Below are positions 57,997 to 64,000 of a stretch of DNA of 64,000 bases, in pieces. Location: positions 176,539-240,538 of the forward strand of contig JAHQWD010000003.1 of the NCBI GenBank assembly GCA_019634005.1, given 5' to 3'. A program made the position numbers and the translations under genes. How positions within the stretch are numbered: position 1 is the stretch's first letter; the number at the start of each line of letters is the position of its first letter. Source of the DNA: Candidatus Kaiserbacteria bacterium. Lineage in GTDB: Bacteria; Patescibacteriota; Minisyncoccia; Phycocordibacterales; UBA918. The notes under the pieces were generated by a model. The model had not been told where the DNA came from. It ran no database searches and was given only the letters and a program-made list of their open reading frames with translations.

Positions 57997-59188
57997 ACAC
58001 CATATTTAATGCCACAGAAGCAAGAGCCGCAAGAATAAACGTCCATTCAATAGAGACAAAGAGTGAGAGTGAGACTACAATTACCAGCCCGAGTACCCGA
58101 CCAATGTGCACGGACATTTCCCGAAGAAGACTAAATTCATCAACATAGTGTCCTTGATCAGCAGACATATCATAGAGTGTTGTATCTATCGGGGTACGGA
58201 CAAATATCCGCGTAATACTGTGATAGAGACCTACGAAAAATACCTGCGCAATAGAGAGCACAAATATTTTAAATACCCAGCCAACTGCATAGAGCGTGCT
58301 TCCAATACGGAGGGTCTTTGCACCAGAGTTTTTCTTTTTATCTATGTAACTTCCTAACCCCAGTTGGATAATAATGGTGAGTCCAACCACAAGTGTTGAG
58401 ACTACTCCAATGTCAAAAACATTCCCATCAAATATCTCATAGAGAAAGATCGGCCAGACAATGAGATTGAATGTGTTCTCAAGACCGCTCGCAAACATAC
58501 TTGAGGTCATTGGACGATACTTCTTTGCAAATAGATTCTGCACTGTCCTTTTAAAGGTCCATGTGAATTTCTCATCGGTATCAGGTACAAATGCGTATGA
58601 GATTGTTGCGAGAACCAACAAAACTATGGCCACAGCAAAGAGCGCATTGTATCCAGAGTTTTGGATGATGTATCCAGCAAGGATTGGACCCACCACTCCC
58701 ATAAAGGCAATCGTGGCATAGGTAATACCGACACTTCTCCCTCGCTGTCCGTCACTGGTAAAGAGCGTAAAGTCCACATGATACGGCACCCAATGGAATA
58801 CACGGAAGATAACGGTCAATCCTGCAAGGAGTCCGAGCAGAAGCCAGACATCTTCCGCGCTATCCATCCAATATAAAAGACTGTATGTTGCGACACTCGC
58901 GACCCCTCCAATAACAAGCGCCTTTCGGAATCCAATCCCATTCATTATCTGCATACCAGGCACTAGCATGAGCACATACGCAAGGGAGACAACCGCGTAG
59001 TATCCCCCAACGATGTAAAAACTCTCCCCTGTAATAGTGTAGATGTAGATAGGAACAAACACACCAAGAAGTGCTGTTGCCGCCCCGTGGATTAAACGCT
59101 TTGCAATAAACAGTTTCAAAAATCCCTGTTCCTCATCCTTCGTATTCACCAAAAACTGAACAAACAGTCTGCGTATCTTTGCAATCAT
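57968..59188 (-). CDS. MFS transporter
   Basis: About 12 hydrophobic helices, 406 aa, VGPILAG motif. Confidence 0.85.
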   Translation of the reverse strand: MIAKIRRLFVQFLVNTKDEEQGFLKLFIAKRLIHGAATALLGVFVPIYIYTITGESFYIVGGYYAVVSLAYVLMLVPGMQIMNGIGFRKALVIGGVASVATYSLLYWMDSAEDVWLLLGLLAGLTVIFRVFHWVPYHVDFTLFTSDGQRGRSVGITYATIAFMGVVGPILAGYIIQNSGYNALFAVAIVLLVLATISYAFVPDTDEKFTWTFKRTVQNLFAKKYRPMTSSMFASGLENTFNLIVWPIFLYEIFDGNVFDIGVVSTLVVGLTIIIQLGLGSYIDKKKNSGAKTLRIGSTLYAVGWVFKIFVLSIAQVFFVGLYHSITRIFVRTPIDTTLYDMSADQGHYVDEFSLLREMSVHIGRVLGLVIVVSLSLFVSIEWTFILAALASVALNMVYATRAVRKK

Positions 59189-59265
59189 ATAGCAACATTA
59201 TAACAGGAAGTGACTCCTATTTTCCGTGATATACTGAACGTACATCTATTAGTAACGTAGACAAT

Positions 59266-59667
59266 ATGAACAATTTTGGACAACATCGTTTCTGGAAGAC
59301 ACACGCTCTTCTTATCGCACGTATTTTGATGGGAGGTATGTTCCTTATGGCAGGTATCAGCAAGTTCCAGGGCATTGATGCAACAGCTGCATTCATTGCA
59401 AGCGTAGGTTTCGGCGCTCCAGTATTCTTTGCTTGGTTCGCAGCGATTTTCGAGACCGTACTTGGACTCTTTATCATTATCGGAAAGTGCTTCCGTCGCT
59501 CTGCGGTACTCCTTGCACTTTTTACCCTTGTGATTAGTTTCATCTTCCATAATCCAGGAGATGCCGTACAACAACTCGCTTTCACTAAGAATATGGCGAT
59601 TGTTGCTGGTCTCCTCTTTATGGCAGCACATGGTGCTGGAGACACGTGGCGACTTGGACGAGGATAA
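59266..59667 (+). CDS. DoxX family membrane protein
   Basis: ARILMGGMFLMAGISK..E..G..FH..KNMAIVAGLL..GAG. Confidence 0.9.
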   Translation: MNNFGQHRFWKTHALLIARILMGGMFLMAGISKFQGIDATAAFIASVGFGAPVFFAWFAAIFETVLGLFIIIGKCFRRSAVLLALFTLVISFIFHNPGDAVQQLAFTKNMAIVAGLLFMAAHGAGDTWRLGRG

Positions 59668-59681
59668 TCCTTTGTTCATAC

Positions 59682-59709
59682 AAAAAACCACCCCGAAGGG
59701 TGGTTTTTT
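59682..59709. terminator. Bidirectional terminator
   Basis: AAAAAACCACCC-cgaa-GGGTGGTTTTTT. Confidence 0.88.
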
Positions 59710-59728
59710 GTTGTCTTCGTGTTGAAGG

Positions 59729-60157
59729 TTATCGCATAGCGATTGTTGGACTCCAACAAGGAGATGATGCGCTCCATGGCTGTGTACCCTGCGTCTCATA
59801 CAGATACCGAGCATACGCCATATTGTCATAGATATTTTCTAGATCGAGACCGAGCTTCTCTGCTGTCTCACCGTGATACCGTTTGTTGATTTGCATCACG
59901 CCGGTGTCAGCAGAATCTACCTTTCCTCGAAGAACAGATCCGTCAGCAAGTGTGTGTCTAAAGGTAGACTCACATCGTGCTACCTGGATCATAACCGGAA
60001 TATCGCTGAAGTATCGTCGCACTACATCCTCAGTGTTCTTTGAACGAAGAATGGTGTGCTCTGCTACCTCAATCTGACCATATGCCTGATCGGCAACCGG
60101 AATTGCATTTGCAGCTCCTGTGACTGTAATAACTGCTGCAATGACGCTGGATAAAAT
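59729..60157 (-). CDS. Secreted lysozyme-like/lytic transglycosylase (Rpf/SLT-like); start uncertain
   Basis: VARCES, GVMQIN, NMAYARYLY..QGTQPW..CW; frame open upstream of GTG 60022 through a signal-peptide-like stretch to a stop at 60172-60170. Confidence 0.75.
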   Translation of the reverse strand: MLSSVIAAVITVTGAANAIPVADQAYGQIEVAEHTILRSKNTEDVVRRYFSDIPVMIQVARCESTFRHTLADGSVLRGKVDSADTGVMQINKRYHGETAEKLGLDLENIYDNMAYARYLYETQGTQPWSASSPCWSPTIAMR

Positions 60158-60315
60158 AAGCCAAGTGTCTTATCTAACAAAAAGACGGCCGAAGCCGCTT
60201 CGCGAGCTATTTTAACATGGATATTTTGAAAGTCAAGTTATGTAACAGATAAATAGTCGTGTCAATAGTATAAAAACCCTTATTCTAAGCCATATTTAGA
60301 ATTAGGACTTCGTAT

Positions 60316-61158
60316 TTAAGCCTTTTTTTGGCGTAAAAAGACCATAGATCCATATAATCCGCCCTTATCTTCAAGCTCTGCGAGTACCATTTCAGGCATG
60401 TGCTGCCCTTCCCCAAGTGCTTCTGCGGTATGTCTCTGTATATCTGGAAGCAAAATACGTGGATCTCCTACGATCATAGAGCCTCCCAGTACAATACGCT
60501 GTGGTGACCAGTATAGAATAGTGTTCTTAAGCCCAAATCCAAGATATTGTGCAAGTTCATCCCAAACAGGGTCATCCTGTGGAATGTCATAGGGTTTCTT
60601 CCCTGTTCGTTTTTCCAACGCAGTACCTGATACAAGATTCTCAAGAGTATGCGGAACATCTTTACCAAGGATACTCCTATCCATGTCCAGTATCTGATGC
60701 CCAGGTTCAAAACCATCCTCGCTCGGTGCAATTTTCCCGTCGATGATACGAACTCCACCAACGCCACTGGAAACCGTATGGTACACCACAATCCCCTCTT
60801 CCATACCCGCACCGTAATATGTTTCCCCCAATCCGACGAGCGCAGTATCATTTTCAAGATACACTGGTGTATTTAATTCTTCGGAGAGATGCTTCTGTAG
60901 TGGCTTCCCCACCCAATCAGTGAGAATAGAATCATTATGAATCTGCGTACGCTCGTGATCTAGCACACCACGTACACCGCCTGCACAAGCACTCAGCTGC
61001 CGACCATCGGCAAGATCTTCTATTGTTTCAATCAATTGTGCGACCCCTTCTTCAAAATCTTGTGGTGTGTCATACACAATAGGCATCTCAAAAGACTGTA
61101 AGTCCTCACTTACTGCGACTCGTGTCTTTGTTCCACCAATGTCAAAGAGTGCGTACAT
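60316..61158 (-). CDS. ROK family sugar kinase
   Basis: FDIGGTKT, LENDTAL..GE, VSSGVGG, FEPGH. Confidence 0.9.
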   Translation of the reverse strand: MYALFDIGGTKTRVAVSEDLQSFEMPIVYDTPQDFEEGVAQLIETIEDLADGRQLSACAGGVRGVLDHERTQIHNDSILTDWVGKPLQKHLSEELNTPVYLENDTALVGLGETYYGAGMEEGIVVYHTVSSGVGGVRIIDGKIAPSEDGFEPGHQILDMDRSILGKDVPHTLENLVSGTALEKRTGKKPYDIPQDDPVWDELAQYLGFGLKNTILYWSPQRIVLGGSMIVGDPRILLPDIQRHTAEALGEGQHMPEMVLAELEDKGGLYGSMVFLRQKKA

Positions 61159-61162
61159 ACGT

Positions 61163-62089
61163 TTATTCTACAATAACCTTAATCTTGGTATTAAATAGCC
61201 GAGATGCCTCTTTTACATACACCTCAATATTATCTTTGAAATATGGTGGAAGCTGGTTCTGGATCCGTCCAATGATTGCATAGCCCATTGCCATCAAATC
61301 GACAATCCCCGCATGCTCACGAAGTGGTATGTGGAGGCGTGTTTCCTTGGTACCGAATACCTTATTCCGTTCACCAAAGGAAATGAAGCACTCTGTTGGG
61401 GATGGCACTACCGTCTTTGCATGCTTCATCTGTTCTGTTGTAAAAACTCTAGCAGAAATACGTGGACCGAAGAGTTCATCAAACTTTGCCAACAGTAATC
61501 CTCGAAGCGAATCAAACTGTGGAGGGATGATCAAACAGAATGCATCAAATGAACCAAAGTTCTCTGGAAGTGCAGGAAGTACTGTCTCAACATGCTGTTT
61601 AATTGCTCCTGCATCCTCTTTCGTCTTTGAAAGCAACATACCCATATACGTGGACACATTGTACGTATAGGGCTCTCTCAGTCGAGGAAATACGAGGACG
61701 TGTTCTGTATCAAGCAACTTCTCTGCAGGAGTGCTCTTTGCAGTTGTAAGGAGAAAGACTTCACTTCCTCTTTCCTTTGCATACTTCACCATCTCTGGCG
61801 CATGCTTACTCCCTGAAGCAGAGATGACGACAACCGCCTCGATATCAGGATGTGCCTCATATGTCTCCTCATATGTACTTTCGTCAGCAAATACGGCGTT
61901 CCTATCCTCGTACAGCAGTCGACCTGTCACAGCGGCTCCCTCACTCCCCAGCACGAGTACCTTTTTATCTTGCGCTGGAAGTTCTTGACGCGATGGCTTG
62001 TCTTCAAAATATTCCAAGGCACCGAGCACTACTGTATCTAGGTCTGGTAGAGAATCTTCACGAAATGTTACAAGAACATCTTGGTACAT
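61163..62089 (-). CDS. SIS-domain-like protein, possible sugar-phosphate isomerase
   Basis: VLGSEGA..G, VVISASG, LLTT SIS-like strands; adjacent to ROK kinase. Confidence 0.5.
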   Translation of the reverse strand: MYQDVLVTFREDSLPDLDTVVLGALEYFEDKPSRQELPAQDKKVLVLGSEGAAVTGRLLYEDRNAVFADESTYEETYEAHPDIEAVVVISASGSKHAPEMVKYAKERGSEVFLLTTAKSTPAEKLLDTEHVLVFPRLREPYTYNVSTYMGMLLSKTKEDAGAIKQHVETVLPALPENFGSFDAFCLIIPPQFDSLRGLLLAKFDELFGPRISARVFTTEQMKHAKTVVPSPTECFISFGERNKVFGTKETRLHIPLREHAGIVDLMAMGYAIIGRIQNQLPPYFKDNIEVYVKEASRLFNTKIKVIVE

Positions 62090-62092
62090 ACG

Positions 62093-62854
62093 CTATTTTT
62101 TCTTTGCCTCGTATCCGTTCTTTTTGAGATCGTCTCGGAGTGTTCCAATAACATAGTCATAGGCTTCATCCACAGAGTCGACAATATGGAAGAGATCGAG
62201 ATCCTCTGGAGAGATGGTCTTATACTTATCTCGAAGGTGATTCTTCATGAAATCAACAAGTGGTGTCCAGAACTCTTTTCCGTAGAGTATGATCGGTACC
62301 TTACTAATCTTCTTTGTTTGCACGAGTGTGAGGATCTCAAAGAGTTCATCAAGTGTCCCAAAACCACCAGGGAAATAAATGTAAACCTCAGATGCATATG
62401 CAAGAATCACCTTGCGAGAGAAGAAGAAATGGAACTCCTTAGATTCTGTGACATACGGATTAAGTGCCTGCTCAAACGGAAGTTCAATATTAAACCCAAC
62501 AGACTGCCCACCCACTTTGAAGGCGCCGATGTTCCCTGCTTCCATAATGCCACCTCCGCCACCAGTAATAATCGCAACACATTCCTTTGCAAGGCGCTCG
62601 GCAAGCTCTTCTGCTGCTTGGTAAATGGGAGAATCTGGCTTTAATCGTGCACTCCCCCAAAACGTAACCGCTGTTCCATATTTTCGAAGCGTCTCAAATC
62701 CATCCACGAATTCTGACATGATGCGAAATACACGCCACGACTGCATCGCTTCAACTTTGGTGCCATCACCAAGGAGATCCGTCATTACGCGGCAGTGTTC
62801 ATTCGATACGTAGATGTCTCCAACATCTTTCTTTGCAAGATCTTTTTTAGGCAT
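62093..62854 (-). CDS. LOG-family nucleotide phosphoribohydrolase (TIGR00730-like)
   Basis: WGSAR, TGGGGGIMEA, FFSRK, FPGGFGTLDELFE. Confidence 0.92.
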   Translation of the reverse strand: MPKKDLAKKDVGDIYVSNEHCRVMTDLLGDGTKVEAMQSWRVFRIMSEFVDGFETLRKYGTAVTFWGSARLKPDSPIYQAAEELAERLAKECVAIITGGGGGIMEAGNIGAFKVGGQSVGFNIELPFEQALNPYVTESKEFHFFFSRKVILAYASEVYIYFPGGFGTLDELFEILTLVQTKKISKVPIILYGKEFWTPLVDFMKNHLRDKYKTISPEDLDLFHIVDSVDEAYDYVIGTLRDDLKKNGYEAKKK

Positions 62855-62874
62855 ACGCGTATTTTACCACGCTC

Positions 62875-63468
62875 TTAGAGCCACGGAATATCAAACTCCT
62901 CAAACTCTGGGAGTAACTTTTTATCATAGAGCAATCGGGAGATAACCTCCGCATGAGAGAGTGCCCCTGTAAGTGCATTGTGTGGCTGTGGCTCGTCTGG
63001 GATGCCACAGTACTGAAGAATCGCATCGAGATTGAGTGCAGAACGTCGATGTTGTGCATCAATTGGTGGGGCATTCCCTCTTTTCACGATATGCATCCAA
63101 CATAGAGAGTGGGTATCAATTGTTCGGTATGCCAAGTCCCACGGAAGTCCTTCGCGTCCCAGCGCAGCTCTTACAAAGTCTCTATCAAATGAGACATTCT
63201 GTCCCGCAAGGGTACGGTCAGAAAAATGCTGTGACCATTCTAGAAATGCTCGCACCAACTCCCCTTCTGTCTGCTTACTTGAATCAGTAATCTCTTCCTT
63301 AGTAAACCCATTTACTTCTAAAGCACCATCCATAATGTGTGCTCCATCCCAGATGCGACACTCCCCGTAGAATCTATTCTCTGGATTCTTTAAATCCAGT
63401 GCTCCAATCGAAACAATGGAGTGTTTGTCATATTCTGTTCCTGATGCCTCAACGTCTAATACCAACAT
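62875..63468 (-). CDS. DEDDh 3'-5' exonuclease
   Basis: LDVEASG, GQNVSFD, IDT, PHNAL; start moved to ATG 63468 after TACACT. Confidence 0.88.
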   Translation of the reverse strand: MLVLDVEASGTEYDKHSIVSIGALDLKNPENRFYGECRIWDGAHIMDGALEVNGFTKEEITDSSKQTEGELVRAFLEWSQHFSDRTLAGQNVSFDRDFVRAALGREGLPWDLAYRTIDTHSLCWMHIVKRGNAPPIDAQHRRSALNLDAILQYCGIPDEPQPHNALTGALSHAEVISRLLYDKKLLPEFEEFDIPWL

Positions 63469-63536
63469 ACCTGTAGAGTGTACCATATGATAAATCTGTG
63501 GTATGGTTGCGCCAGACCACAGATGGGAGTACCGAT

Positions 63537-63809
63537 ATGACTGACAAAATACTTGACGATGAACTTGATGCTCTAACAGAGATCCTCGCAAAAGACATCG
63601 TTCATGCCCTCCAAAATGCATGTGAACATCCGCACCTTTATATGCGTCTGCATGACGCACTCATTGCAAAAGGGGTCAGACAACGAAGCGCCGACCCGAG
63701 CAAACAAGCGGCAGACCCTGAAAATGTCGCAGATATGTTTGACCTGATCGCGGGGAGATTCGGAGTAATGCACTTCGATACCGAGGACAAGAGGAAGGGT
63801 AGTAATTAA
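63537..63809 (+). CDS. Small hypothetical protein (ORFan)
   Basis: GGGAG RBS before ATG 63537; 90 aa. Confidence 0.5.
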   Translation: MTDKILDDELDALTEILAKDIVHALQNACEHPHLYMRLHDALIAKGVRQRSADPSKQAADPENVADMFDLIAGRFGVMHFDTEDKRKGSN

Positions 63810-64000
63810 CCGTCCGTCCTCAAGCCCTGCCCCACCTCAAAACGCCCTGTATCCCAGGGCGTTTTCGTTTTCTCCACAGACATCCTCCCAAGGCCAAAAG
63901 AAGCCAAAGAAACCAATATAATAAGGGCTAACATGAAGATGTTGTCACTGTCCAAAAAACGCTTGAGTTTTTGACCTATTTCTTGTATACTCATGCCCAC
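63806..64000 (-). CDS. Small membrane protein at the window edge
   Basis: TM IILVSLASFGLGRMS. Confidence 0.55.
   Translation of the reverse strand: MGMSIQEIGQKLKRFLDSDNIFMLALIILVSLASFGLGRMSVEKTKTPWDTGRFEVGQGLRTDG

Overview
64-kb chromosomal segment of a small-genome bacterium. Gene content and style (truncated alaS, Nudix-inserted leuS, Sigma70_r4/HARE-HTH protein, FtsA/PilM-like plus baseplate-J-like pair, orphan PemK, few Shine-Dalgarno sites) point by inference to Patescibacteria/CPR, probably Parcubacteria; standard code 11. Mostly housekeeping: end of the atp operon, MarR-RND efflux operon, ychF, leuS, mltG, mnmA, ung, alaS, the infA-rpmJ-rpsMKD-rpoA-rplQ-rplM-rpsI cluster, grpE-dnaK-dnaJ, trpS, aspS, scpAB, dac-mraY-ftsW-murG, gltX, a Xer recombinase and murI. 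No rRNA, tRNA, CRISPR array or IS element was seen. Main findings: (1) an independently promoted and terminated, roughly 310-nt structured RNA with two apparent pseudoknots after atpC; (2) a compact Zorya type II-like locus in the order zorB-zorA-HNH between rpsI and grpE; (3) an orphan PemK/MazF toxin faced by an antisense promoter driving a cUUCGg-hairpin RNA, a candidate RNA antitoxin; (4) a very short T-box before aspS; (5) a Xer gene with an adjacent dif-like 28-mer at the point where gene orientation flips (putative terminus), next to a second stand-alone structured RNA; (6) near-leaderless housekeeping genes contrasting with SD-led ORFan cassettes. All calls come from reading the sequence by eye; no database searches were run.
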